DNA of 63,999 nt, the filler included, from Basidiobolus ranarum (lineage: Eukaryota), in assembly GCA_040143965.1 (NCBI GenBank). It is 4 parts of 4 records of this genome, joined end to end, with 100 filler letters (N's around TTAATTAATTAA, not from the genome) between each part and the next. Parts side by side here need not be neighbours in the genome. Positions count along the whole stretch, not along the records: positions 1 to 16,648 come from JASJQH010000335.1; 3 more parts are not named here. One strand, given 5' to 3'. This document shows, one piece after another, positions 1-14,845 of this stretch. Within the stretch, counting starts at the first letter, position 1, and every line of letters begins with the position of its first letter. The position numbers and the translations under genes are program-made. Under the pieces are notes generated by a model, which had not been told where the DNA came from, made no database searches, and saw only the letters and a list, made by a program, of their open reading frames with translations.

Positions 1-954
1 CCTTTAGCTTTGTTTCTTCATATCGCGATAGCCTTGCGGTATCGATATGGCAGTGGCCAACGGCTGTTATAACATGTTGACTAGTTCCATTTCTTTCTTT
101 GAAGAATTCCTTAGCAATTTCACGACATTTTTTCATCGACTCAGGATCCTGTCGACGGAAGGCATTAACGATCTCATTTGCGGTGTATAATGCCTTAGCA
201 CCTTGATTCGATTCTTTTGGTAGCTCTTTAGCAATTCCCCGAACCACTTCAAAATCGCGTAACAGCTGTATAGCAGTTTCATTTACAGTTACTAAATGAG
301 CGGTACTCAAGCGGTATTTACGATTGGGATCTGGAGCACTGATACCATCACCATTTCCAAACATTCCATTACAAGCGTGCTCAATGTAAAACTCGACTTG
401 TTCGTTACCCTGCGCTTTCTCTGTAAGCACATACTCTACTCTCCGATCACCTCCAGCTGATATTTTTATGGTTAGTTTAATTACAATAGATGAAATACTT
501 TTAATACATACTTCCGCCTGTTAAGCCGTGAATGGGGCTTCCTTCTTTAGTCCAAATTAAACCTTCACCGTTGCCATCCCAATGAAATTCGACTTTTTGT
601 CCTTTCCAGTGACTTGGTACTTTCACAGAGATATGAAACCAATGAGTGGACTAAAAGAGAATATTGAATTTAGGATTATTTATGTTACACCTTGAGATAA
701 ATAAAAGTAAACTTTGCTTATACCCAAGAAGGGCCAAATTCCTGGTGAACTTTTGCTTCTTGGAAGTCTCCCTTTGTTGCCTCTTCAAAAGGGATTCGCT
801 TAAGCTCAGGTACTGAAAATACTTTGATTTTTACCCACTCTTCCCCAGCCTCAACGTTGGGGTAGAGTTGAGCACTCAAGTTAACATCTTTCCACTGATC
901 ACTAGAGGTAAACTTGTCGAGCCGTTGTAAAGTAATGTCACGATATTTCAACAT
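1..954 (-). CDS. AMS1: Vacuolar/cytosolic alpha-mannosidase (GH38), 5' part; runs off the window start
   Basis: Exons 954-724, 650-512 and 456-1, with GT-AG introns 651-723 and 457-511. Spliced translation gives FGPSW|STHWF, HGLTGG, GGDRRVEY and FYIEHACNGMFG, typical of the Ams1/MAN2C1 N-terminus. Confidence 0.9.
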
Positions 955-1483
955 ATCTTGGCTTTAAAAGAATATACCAATATACAAACGATAAATATGA
1001 CAAAGTGATTGAAGTTGAAGTAGTAGAGGTAACAAGTGAAGAAGTGAGCTGAATATCATATATATATGTAACAATTTCCACGTCACAGTGGGAGAAGAAA
1101 TGTGGCTTTGAATTTGTTCGATGACGAATCCCGGATTCTGGGAATAATTGATGAATTTATTTGACAATTGTCACCATATTACGTTGGGTCAAGAGTATCT
1201 TGCCACTCGAATTTCTCACAATACACATTAAAATATGCATGGTAAGTAGTCTGTCTTCTGAATGTGACTAAAAGTCATTGATTAATAAGACACCTTCGTG
1301 GAGCTTGCAGATGTCTTCTAAAGACTTCAGCAGCACCAAAAGGATGGATAAATTAGAATTTCAATGGATAAACTCTGGTTTAATATTTTCTTGGCTGTGT
1401 ATGATATGTATATAGTGATAGAAATAGGATAAATTAACACGTTGAGATTATTTAGATGCAATTTACAAACATGATGTAGGTAT

Positions 1484-2599
1484 CTACAGAATTGTGTTGA
1501 AGTCTAATGCGATGGATTTCACCCACGGATCACTTAAAACATCCTGAATGGAGGCTCGAGTATCAGGATTAGGATCCAGCATCTTGCGAATGACTGGAAT
1601 TGCTGATTCTGGAATCCGATTGAAGTAGTGTGAATTGTTCCGGTATTTCAGAAACATTTTGTAGCCATGGTCAAAATGCATTGCCGTAGACCATGGGAAT
1701 GAGCGTAGAATCATAGTAAGGTATACGACTGCGATAGACCAGATGTCTGATTTGCAAGGATCATAAGAATCACAAGTGTGAAGTTCGGGAGCAATATAAG
1801 CCAGGGAGCCACACATGGTAGATGCAGCTCTGGATTCATGCTGAGGGGAAGCTCGGAATACAAAGGCGCATCCATAATCGATTAATTTCATGGAACCATC
1901 TTCATCAACACAGATGTTTTCGAGTTTAATATCACGATGTGCAATTCCACAGGAATGTATGTAATTAATAGCATGGACTAGTTGGACGAAATACTTCGCG
2001 GCCAATTCTTGGGTAACCTTACCCTCTTCAACTAAATGATACAAGTCATATGGACAATACTCCATCACTGAATGGATTTTCCCATCCTCCTTGAGAACTT
2101 CGTACGTTTGAACTATATATGGGTGCTTCAGCTTGAGGGCGATGGTGATCTCATTATTTATCCATTGGAGATATTTATGCCTAGGCTCATCTTTTTGACA
2201 TTCACGAAAAGTTTTGACTGCATATTTCTTTTCATTGTTGCAAGTAATTCTTACCATTCCTCCGCTTCCAGACCTTCGCGCATCAATGAAAGTACCGTAA
2301 CACTTTTCGATCGAACCGCTCTTTTGCTTAACTAGTGAAGAAAGCAAATCGCAAGAGTTGTTCTTCTGTTTGCTAAAGGCTGCTTTTATCAATAGTAGAA
2401 GGCGTTTCGCAATGTGCGGTCTCGTTTTGATACAATTGGCAAGTAAACAACTTTTGGGTAATTTAGTATCCATGGTATTTACAAGGAAGGAGTGTGGACT
2501 TGATTTGGTGTATTTCTCCAACGAAGGCATGAGGTTATAAAGAGTCATATCATTGTCATGTTCAAGAGAGGTTTTGCTCGGCGATATAGATGGTATCAT
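1484..2599 (-). CDS. Ser/Thr protein kinase, HAL/NPR/HRK-like family, intronless
   Basis: 371-aa ORF with GSGGMVR, YAVKTFR, HRDIKLEN, DYG (DFG variant), CGSLAYIAPE, DIWS and FPW..A motifs. Confidence 0.85.
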   Translation of the reverse strand: MIPSISPSKTSLEHDNDMTLYNLMPSLEKYTKSSPHSFLVNTMDTKLPKSCLLANCIKTRPHIAKRLLLLIKAAFSKQKNNSCDLLSSLVKQKSGSIEKCYGTFIDARRSGSGGMVRITCNNEKKYAVKTFRECQKDEPRHKYLQWINNEITIALKLKHPYIVQTYEVLKEDGKIHSVMEYCPYDLYHLVEEGKVTQELAAKYFVQLVHAINYIHSCGIAHRDIKLENICVDEDGSMKLIDYGCAFVFRASPQHESRAASTMCGSLAYIAPELHTCDSYDPCKSDIWSIAVVYLTMILRSFPWSTAMHFDHGYKMFLKYRNNSHYFNRIPESAIPVIRKMLDPNPDTRASIQDVLSDPWVKSIALDFNTIL

Positions 2600-5069
2600 C
2601 GTAGAAAGTAAAAAGGCAGATTAGCACCTAAGATTGAATAAATGCACCAGATGTTTATGTAACTAGCAGGGCTAAGCCTCTCTTTATATGTTGACTTTTC
2701 CACTGCTAGGAATAATCAGAGTTTCCTATTTAGTTAATTTGCAACTTCTATCCAAAATCTGTCCCACTACCACATATAGAGTTAATTCGAATTCGAGTAC
2801 ATGGCTCAATAAATACGCACTTGACAACCTAGACAATTTTTGGGGTAAATAACGTTGAGAAAAGGGCCACACTCTGCTTCCATACTAAAAATAGGCGGCT
2901 TCGTGCTTGGAATACCATACTCCCAAACCATCACAGAGTAATATCTTATGAATCATATTTACGTCGATGTGACAGCCAACACTGTCAACGCTATCCACGA
3001 CGGATGCACTAGAGACCCTCATGAAGGGCGTGCAATCCTTAAATCAACCTACCTAGATCCTCAAGAACAATCTTAAGTCACTGCTTATCGCTGGGGGATG
3101 GTCGAGACATTATGAATGAGCAATACTAAGTGCCAAGTTGATCTAAATTCATAAATTCAGTTAAGCAAGTATGACTCGTTTTAGGTATGTTTACCATCTT
3201 TAGAAGTGGGTATTTCAACATCCGATAGATGTATCATCCACCGATACTGTCGATAAATCCTCTAGATAGTGTGAATCGGGATGTCAACACGAGAAAATTC
3301 TACCAATTTATAAGACAACAGAAGATACCTACCTGAAGTGTTGGAATTTGTTGCTCCACACACTTAAGATGGTATAGATAGCTAAGGACCCTAGAATTAT
3401 CTTTTACCCGAGAGAAATCTCGGTTCTTAATTTCGTTACCGATTGTGACTAAATTCGTGACAAGGTTCGAAACAGCTGGCATTTGGTAGCACCATATTCC
3501 CTATTGCAGAGTATTGACCATCTAGACAACATGAAACGAAGTGAACCATTGTTATAATAGTTGACGACCTGTGGAGCATCCACCGTTGCTTATTGAGCTT
3601 TAAATTATCAGCAAAACCCTTTCTTATACTAGTAGAATTTGAGGTGCTTAGTTATGTGTTGCAACAGTTTAACTTTTCCTTCGATATTAAATACAACGTG
3701 CGTTAATATGTACCAAATATCAAGTATCTCCACATCGTTACTCACTTCGTCTGAAGATCTTTATGCGTATCAAACGTAGTTGCTATTGCTCAAATAGTGC
3801 TTCATCTAAGGATACGCTCACGAATAGAGTGTCTCTGATAAGGATATTAATATATAGAGTAATCCGATTATTTTCGAAGGTTCCGAGTGCACAATTGCGA
3901 ATTTATTTTTTAAAAACCTACCTACTATTAATATTCACCTATGAGTAGATCATACAATTTATTCAAACCCATTGACGAATTAGCGAAGTGATGAATTCCT
4001 ATATCTCGTCATCAATCTGTTGTCCATATCCAGCTATATACAATTAGACTTCGTTAGCTGCATCTTTTGACCTTGTTGGGGTTATATCTAATGTGATATT
4101 GTAGAATCGAACAATGCAAACGAATATGGAGTTGGTTTTTATATGAGCAAGTCTCAGTCAACTAAATGACCGACGTCCAATGAACTAAGGTTAAGTAATA
4201 AATCTCTATAGTAGGAGTTGGCATGCAATCAGTCATGTAACGTATATTACGTCTGTGGCTAGATAGATCCTTGCGATGTTGAAGATTTTGTAGTGTATCT
4301 ATGGCTGAGTGAATTTTTCTTTCTCCATATGCCACGATCTGTCGCCACTATACCTTCCGCAAACCAAAATCCGATAACAGTTGGTAGGGAGTGGTACATA
4401 CATAATGATTGACTATGACTTCGTATAACATCATCGATAGCTTTGTGGTCATATTAGATCTAGAATTGAAATACAATGACTGAATGCGAATCAAACGTCA
4501 CTAAGATGGGAGGTGTTGGGAGGTTGCTTACCATCGCTATGCAAATTGTTTGCATATAATCAGTACCATTGAATCCGTGAAACGTCTAGAAACATCACAC
4601 TATCGAAAGCATCACTGAGCTTGTGTAGCAGCGTATCACTGTTTAGTGTTCAAAATAGCGGGGTTTTTCTGAGAGGGAACAGTTTATTTGCGATGTGCAT
4701 ACAGCTTATATATGATTCTTGAACAAGTACATGCATTTATGTATGTTTCATTAGTATAGCATTGATTCAGTGCAACTATAGAGCTGAGTAAACAAGGTCA
4801 GAGTTGATTCATTTTGACATGGAATGTGTCCGAAACTACGAGAGCTAATATTCTACATGCTAATGGCCATATGAAAAGCATCACTCTATCCTTGAAATAC
4901 ACCCTGTTCCCGATATATGATTTACAAACGCCGTCATAGTCGAGAGGTGGCTTTCAAGAATATAGTCAATGATCCCGCTTCACGAACCAGCCACGACGAT
5001 GCGAGTATTTACCAACAAATTTATTTACCACACTATTAATATCAAACATGAATAATGAATGGATGAGAG

Positions 5070-6755
<1,686 letters not shown>

Positions 6756-8374
6756 TATGTATAATAATGTATGTTGAAGGCTCTAAAAAGAATAACTTGA
6801 TAGGAGGTATTTTCTATTACTACCTTAACTAGACTAGAACGACGTAATCATTTGGAATCAGGGGATAGATGCCAATATTACGTGTGCTGAAATTTTTTGC
6901 CACTATAATGTATTGATCATATCTGGACAAACAGGTTTATTTGTTGATTAATCTTAACCAATCCTAATGGATTGTGCTCAAGTACATCAGATCTTATACC
7001 CTAATAAATCCTAGATTAGCAAAAATTGTTTAAGATGCGTTTGCTCAATACAATACATGCATGATGGTATGATCGGACATCTGACTGAATGATAGATGCT
7101 CCATTACCTTCAAAGGAATATGAGAATCAATAACTAGTATTTTTTGATCTGAGGTTTCCTCAAAAAGTTAACGAATATTCTTCTCACAAGAACGCATGTC
7201 GTAGGCCACGGAATAGACAAAGGTTTAAGGTACTAGCTGTTACAAACCATTATATATTGTCTCACCAGTTCCATCAGATGCCCAACACGTACGTCTCTTT
7301 AGTGAAGGGGATAGATGCTTCCATATACTATTGGAATGTATTACACACGAATATTAACCATTTGTTGACAGAATTCAAAGCTTTCTTTTTATAAGATTAT
7401 TGATTTTCGCTGATTTGGTGTATATCCAATATATATGAACACACAAGAAGTTGAAAATATGAACCAAAAAGTGAAGTTGCAATCACTTTGTATTCGCTGC
7501 TTTCACAAAATCCAACATACTATCATTTGGGTAGGTACTCTGGAAGTTTTCAATAAGAATAAGCCATCCAATCATGGACGGTATTATGATGTTATCCATA
7601 AAAGTCGATGCTACACAAGCACCAACACCATATCCATAAGAATGCGAAAATGAAGGCTGGATTTTCAATCTAAGAACACCGCCACTACGCGTATATGGGT
7701 TCTCATCCCAAAAAACTTGATACAAGTCAGAGAATACAGGAAAAGTGCAAATAATACCGATGTATCATTGTCTACACACACGTCTGAAATTGCATTCTAA
7801 TTTAGTCGCGCTTACAAGAGTGACAATGATTCAAGAGCTTTTGCTGTGGAATCCGTGAAGCTACTCTATTAAATATTAACGTACTGCGGTGATCCAAATC
7901 AATTATCCTATTTTAGGATTATGTTAAGAGCTATATTGGATTATCTACATTGATCAATCTGGATTCTATCAAATTGTGTTAATCGAGTCTATACTTTGAA
8001 CATCGCCAATTTATTCTCCATGTAACTAGATTCAATTGGGATGGGAGGTTTCATTTTATGAAAGCCGTTCTATTCTGGGTAGATATTGAGGCCTGACGAG
8101 GCCTGACGGCAACTTCAAAATAAGCGCTCTGGGTCAAATTCGAGTGACTTTTCTTGGCATATAGGAAGGTTTGGGTTTGGTCTAGAAAGGCTTTTCATTC
8201 TCACCAACTTATCGTAACTACCGAGATGGAATCATCTTCAAGGGATCTGCGGAAGAAGGCGAAGAGAGCGTGTCCCAAAACGACCCCTCAAAGTAGATCT
8301 GGATCTGCGGGATTGTCAAGTCATGATCTCGACTATGAAGTGCAGGTTCTAATATTTGAATGATTAATTGCCAT

Positions 8375-10085
8375 TCAAATGGCAATACGAGGGGTGAGAT
8401 GTATACGAATGGTTTGTTCATTATTTAGAAGCTCTTCAAAGCCAGGCAGCGAGCTCTTGTCTTCAATGATTCCATAGGAATTACATCTAAAGTCCAGCCA
8501 ATCTTTAAGTATTAGTGAGTCCCATCGCCGTGGAGGCGACTTGGAGCTAGGGCAGTGGAGAAAGTTGTTGGTCTTAGGAGGCATCGAGGTTGGGGATTTT
8601 TCTAATGCTTGATAGTCGTAGGATATCTTTCTTCTCAGATGCTTTAAGTAGGTCATTATTTGGGGCAGGAAAAGGAACTGAAGAGGGTGCTGTGGATCTG
8701 ATGTGAGTGACATCCTTCGATATTTATACCAGAGTGCTTCCGAAAATTTAGAGTGTCTTTGTGAAGTCACGGAAACATAACAAATCAGTTCTTAATATGA
8801 CTACAGAGTTTGGAAGTGAGGTCCAGTAGCCTGCCTCATTAGTCCAAAAGGAGATGCATGACTCTTCGTGTAATTTACGAGGATCAGAGGCACTCTGGCC
8901 AATGAGTTGTATATAGTTGTTCAAAATCCAGATCGTACTAGATGATTTCCTATGAAAACAATCTATTTATCAGGGACACGACATGGGACTGACGAATCTT
9001 GAACACCTGCTGCTGCTGAATGTTACCTGATCCTTTGTGTGATATATTTCCTTCATTTCCTTTCTACTACGCCTTGAGCCAAGGGGAAATCGTTGACTTT
9101 TATGGGCTCTGCAAGTGCATCTGGTGCTACTGAGATGTATATGTTTGGAGACAATGTTGGCGTGATGTTTCTAGAGCTTTGTTCGTGATGGACCGTATTC
9201 CGCTTGTGCAAAAATAGCTGGCGCCGAGAAGTATTCATCCCATGTTCTGGCAGCTTGGGATTATCCTATACCTGAATGTAGCCCGTTTTGTTGCACTGGA
9301 TTCTCGTGACGAATGAGTGAACCTCCAGGTTTGAGAGGGGTTGTGAAACTCTGAGTGAACGATCGTGCCGTCAAATCAACCGAGTCCGGTAGTCCCTGTT
9401 GAGCCAATCCCAGGCCCACTCCAATGAAGAGCTCACCAGAAAGCATAATACAGTTCCAATGATTCGGCACAATACTACTCTTGTGACTGGCAATGCAAGC
9501 AATAGTCCGATATGCTGACATAGTTGCTTACCCCATCAGAGATGATTCAATACATCAAGGCAGACTGTAATGATTTCTCTCTGAGCGTCTCTCCAACTGA
9601 CATCGTCAGCTCTGTTGATCTTTCAACCATGATGATCTTCGTGATCGAGGTACATATTGAACTCGTCGGATCAAGCTATGTGGTAGAACATTGCTGCAAG
9701 TGTTACTTGCTTTGATCGTAGTCGGTAATTAAACCCAGTCCATTTAGCTTGACCATCCTGGCTAAGTAACAACTCAAGCCTCTCCAATTCGTTGTATGGA
9801 ATGCTATATTTAATAGAATCATAATCTAAGCCAAATCGAGTGGGCCATACATATATTGATACTGCAGCACAAGATACCGCCATTGGCTTATTATTATTAT
9901 GTTCAGTTCACATCACACTAGAATTTAAGCTAAATAGTCCCACCGATATATGCAACTTGTAATATTCCCCTAGAGTCCTGGAACTGGATGCCACCCAATA
10001 TGGTGGATTTGGAAGCACGACAAAGAAGTCTTTTTAGCGATAGTTGATAAGGATTCAACTATGATAGAGACCTCATCCATTAATC
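8375..10085 (-). pseudogene. Decayed copy A of an uncharacterised conserved fungal gene
   Basis: Ends in LPGFEELLNNEQTIRIHLTPRIAI*, homologous to the end of copy B. Upstream fragments (LMDEV, VLP../STILG, AAMFYHIA) are broken by stops and frameshifts. Confidence 0.45.
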
Positions 10086-10439
10086 TGGCTGTAGTCGTGG
10101 TAGGGAAGTGGCAACGAGTAGACTACATTCTGCCGCCATAATCATAGATTCTACTGAGTAATTGCTGCTAGATTTTATTACCTATCGACTTGAATATAGA
10201 CGGTTAGTATCAAATATATTCTTAGCAAGAGTCAAAAATAGGCGATCGGCTGAATTTTCCGGAATCTCGCAATAGCTATTGATTCAACAGGAGTTCGAAA
10301 GTATATTGGTGACTTCGGCTACCCATTACTCCGATTCACCAAGTGTCGTCAATGGGAAATTTGGGATTTGGGATTTGGAACGATTAGAACTAACGGGGTT
10401 CTAAACTTGCTGGCGTAATCCCTCTCCATCTATTGGGGG

Positions 10440-10960
10440 GAGGTTGGCTTTCGCAATCTCACCCTAGACTGATCACAGCACAGAACTCATGACTATTCTT
10501 GCTCTATCGAAATGCCAAGGACAGCCTTGGGCGCCAAAGCTGAATCCTCACATCCGCAACCAAAGATAAGGATTCATAGCATGATAAACATAGTCAAGCC
10601 CATTGGATTGCTGCAATCTCGGAGATTTAAACGAGCGTTCAGTGGACTAATCATCCCGTACGACTAGAATCAAATGATAGTTCAAGATCAAATGAACTAT
10701 TGCCTTGTTGATCCTCGAATGACTGGCTGATTTGCAAGGTGACCCAGTGAAACAGATTTCCATAATCATTCAAACTGGTATCATGTGAGTGTGTAGGTTG
10801 ATCTACATTTGATATATTCACAACCAGGCATCCCAACCCAGATACTGAGTAGAGTTCGAGTGTGAGCCATACACAGTGTTTCACACCGCTGACGATTAAT
10901 GGCTTTGGGAACTTTTCTAAACAGGATGGGAACTTTGCAGAGCTCACTACCAATCACCCC
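10440..10960 (-). pseudogene. Possible decayed cytochrome P450 remnant
   Basis: Degenerate motifs in the correct order: I-helix-like LIVSG(x)ET..W.TLEL, PERF-like FKSPRL and heme-loop-like IFGCG or FGAQGCP. Frameshifts and stops are present. Confidence 0.3.
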
Positions 10961-11200
10961 GTAGAGGATTGGTTGTGTGCAGCGCATTCTGGGGCTAATT
11001 GGTGCCCAGGTCGCACTAGCTTCGCTGGGAATAATAGGTTGATCTGATGCGAGTATTGGTTTATTTGGCAGTATCTTACATGAGGTTCATAGATATTAGT
11101 GGGATAATTTAACAGATTGGTCTATGGCACAGGCTATGTATACGATCAGCAAGCAGAGTGTTCTCAGGTATATTGGGGGTGAAGAGCACATCGGTAGTCT

Positions 11201-12120
11201 TTACAATGCGACTGTTGGGGTTAATGAGATGTGCAGAGTCTTTTCGTTGCCCAACATCTCATCGAATTTCGGCAGAGGGCCGCGTAGATGGTATGTCGCT
11301 TTGGGTTGCGACTGCAGCGAGACATTCACTACTTCTTGCTCACCTCGGAATCCTCGATTTGTATTAGTGAAACCAAATTTGTTGATCAGTCCATTGAACT
11401 GCTCTCCCATGTTGGTAGTCTCGTCGCGGAAAGAACGAATCTTTCGGAATGATTTGGTTGAAGATAGTTTGAACATGGAATCGTCTGTAATGTGGTGAGT
11501 AGGATGGATTTCAGTAGTTATATACAGTTTCAAATGAATTTCTCCGAGCTTAGGGACAACACCTCATCCTCTAGCCTATGACAAACCAACAAGCCCGTCC
11601 ACTCATCCACAAGTACCCAACAGCAATCAGGATGCCAAGCAGGTTTTCGCATCTGACTGGTGGCACAATTTCCCCGTGATCTCCTGGTTTCAACACCTTC
11701 CCATCTTGGGAAAAAGGCAGTGTGGATCTTCAAGCTGAGGTACGATACTCGGTTGATCAATAATGAAGCTAAATTAGCGCACCTATCCTGGACAACGCAA
11801 GCTCTATTCTTTGGGTAAGCATAATTTGATCAAAGTGCAGCGGATGCTCTGCCTGGTTTCAAAATACTCCATGATTAATCACAACTACTACCGATGTAGC
11901 AGTCAGTGGTGAAAATAGTATCCAGCAGCCAATCGGATGCATCTCTACTTCTACGCAAATGGCTGGGCTCCTGTGAGTTAGCTGACAAATACTACTTTAT
12001 TGACCAGGTAACTCGTGAGCATTTGCAAAGTCCTTGGCAAAATCCCATTGTAGAGCCATCACGGTATTAGATTTGTTCCATCAGGCCCGGGCTCTCTTGG
12101 CTCAGAATCTTGAATTACCA
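11201..12120 (-). pseudogene. Decayed copy B of the same uncharacterised fungal gene as 8375-10085
   Basis: Ends in LPKFDEMLGNEKTLHISLTPTVAL*. Upstream fragments VIQDSEPREPGPDG and GILPRTL lie in interrupted frames. Confidence 0.45.
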
Positions 12121-14845
12121 CTGATTACAACCGAGCCGAGTAATTAGGATTGCTATAACAAAACCAGTGGTATATATATAATATTTAGTGCTATACACCA
12201 CTTTAAAAGAAACCAGTCCAACGTAAATTGGGTTTTATGCTAACTGTAGCTTTAGACGATGTTACGGTTCATGATAATGGCTATAGCTGTGCGGCCAACA
12301 GTAGTAGTTGAGCACCACACCACGAATATATTCCTGGATTACCAATACAAGATTTTAACCAGCAAAAGAAACTACGGACGGGCAAGGTTATTACAAGTGC
12401 TAAATAGGTTCAACTTGCTTTTTGGTATTCATGTCCAGCATAGTATCTACGACGTGCATCCTTAGTTTAATTATGTTTCAAGCTAATTTAGCCTAGGAGA
12501 TCAGTCTTGGCATGGGTCTTCTTCGATACCCCAGATATGTATTCACTTGACCTGTAAAATGCTTGCGAATGCCTGTTTAAATCACATCAAAGCTACTGAC
12601 TCGTGCAATCACCGACACCTCAGGGTTTGCTGTTCCATCTCAAGAGTATTGGGTTGGTAGCAAATGGATGATCATCACCCAATCACAGTCTAGTGAGAAA
12701 ACTACTCATGAGATGATCAATTGAAGCTTGCCCTAAATTTCACCCAAACCCTGAAGACAGAGAAATCGAAAATAATCTTGAGAAACCTCGTTTCCAGTTT
12801 CCAGTCGACACTTTGTTGAGTCTTCATGAATTGACGATTCTGTAAATCATACACTAAGAGATTCATGCACAAACGTGCATTAGACTGGGGATCGTATGCA
12901 AAGATCGAGGCAGCTTAATGCATCAACAATGGGTATGTTGGACTAAACTCCGATGCTTAGCTAAGAAAAGGTGTGAACAATTGATAATGATTCGCCAGGA
13001 ATCTTGTAAGAGGGATGGGCTCTGCGTCATGGAAAATCAATCTTTTAAACACATTACATATGGCTTGATGGATGCTACGTCGATGAATCACCCTATGTAG
13101 CTAAATGGGTAATGTAGGTCATTTGTACTCTCGTTCAAACCTGTATGAGAATGATGTTGCTGGATCAATGCCATACTAGGAATATGACGTGAAAGACTTT
13201 TGGCTATGTTGTAAGTATTACATTTTCCAAGCTTTGACTTGAGTCATCTATGTTTGTATTTATCTCCACCACAGCTCTAGGTTCTGGATACGAAAGCAGC
13301 ATCGATCCTTGGATGTTACACTGGCTTTTCTATACTATGTGTTCTGATAACCTGTATTTATTCATGTTCCTTGCGAAACTAGCTAGGTGTTCACAGGATC
13401 ATTTACGCCGATAGTTTGCATCAACACACTCATAGCTACCTAAAACTCTTTTGATAAAACAAGAGTGCGAAACTCCGGCCTCCACTCATTCAATGAGGTT
13501 TAATTGATTACAGAAAAGTGGGATAGTCCACCTAACTCACACATGTGTATTCATGGTTTACAGAATACTTGCTACAGATTGGAATGTTGCCAACGATAGC
13601 ATCTCGCTTGAAATTGTATTTGGTCCATTTGTACCATCAAGACAGAGTTATCTACAAAAGACTACTAGCACTAAGCCAGCTCATGTACGGACCATGATGA
13701 AATACACATTTCCCACTCTATCTGAGATGAACTCGACAGTAAATAACTCAGTGGAAAGTGGCTAGAGTGGTTCACTAAAGCAATCTCCAAGTATAGTTAT
13801 TTATGGACACCTCTATTCAGGCGCAGTTACGGTTGAAGTAGCTACACCATGGTGAAGCGAATCTAGAGGTAGCTTAAGGCATACATAATTCCACCTAAAA
13901 CACTGCTAAAGTGAAGGGTTTTCATCATTTATACGAATCGTCAATCATAAAAATAACCTGTATTGTATCAGGAAATACCTGTCACAATCCCAAGATTTGA
14001 ATAAGGTTTCATTAACTTTACAATTTCAATATCAAGAGAAAACACATGTTTCGAGTGCTCTGAATACATTTGGTTATATATATAGATGATTACATCATGA
14101 ATATCAGTCAACCACTAAGATGATATCACAGTAGGCACTGAGTATGATTTTTGGCGTGACCATTTGTTTCATTCATTTAACGAGCAAATGGACTCTTTGG
14201 TGGATCTTCGATTATGATTTGCATATGCATATCGAGCTTTGTTGCGCGAAGGCGCTTTATATTGATTTTGATGTTTACGTTCTTTTAAATTAAAATCAAT
14301 TATTTTATTTTCCAAATAGATTACTTCATTACAATCTATCAAGATCTACTGACACTCAAGCATTCACTATAGGAAAGTCGCTGAGAACGTGGGTGTCTGA
14401 CATAAAAACTTTGGCGCTTGTGTAGGAATTCATTTGCTTGTTGCTTGCTCAGCTTGGATAAATTAATCCTTTTCTTTTCTTCCTTAACTTTCGACGACCC
14501 ATTCTTTAATAACATCCTATCTCTATCACAGTGTCTTTGTCGTCGATTTGGGTGTCTAGTTAACCTTGTGAAGCGAAGTTTTAGCTTGTCTACCAAGTGG
14601 CATCAATTATCTTCTCAATCTCCTTTCTCTCTTTCTCCTCTTGATATCCACAGAGCGACCAACTTACCTTCAACTCTTTTCACTCTCCACCTCTCATTCG
14701 TTGCCAAAGACCTTTTTTACACAGCTTATTCATACACCAGGTGAGTTTACCTTACTCAAACCGCTGGTTTTCTATCTGATATCCTAACTGAGAGAGAACT
14801 CTTTTCTGTGACTTTTTTCTAGATACACAAACTGGAAACGTACAA

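Noticed and set aside
3180-3600. Exon-like fragments with splice-like signals between the kinase and RPT4
   Set aside because: Could not build a stop-free model or recognise a family.
7483-7725. 80-aa ORF with HSYG (hydrolase nucleophile-like)
   Set aside because: Short, no ATG start, no supporting neighbouring exons.
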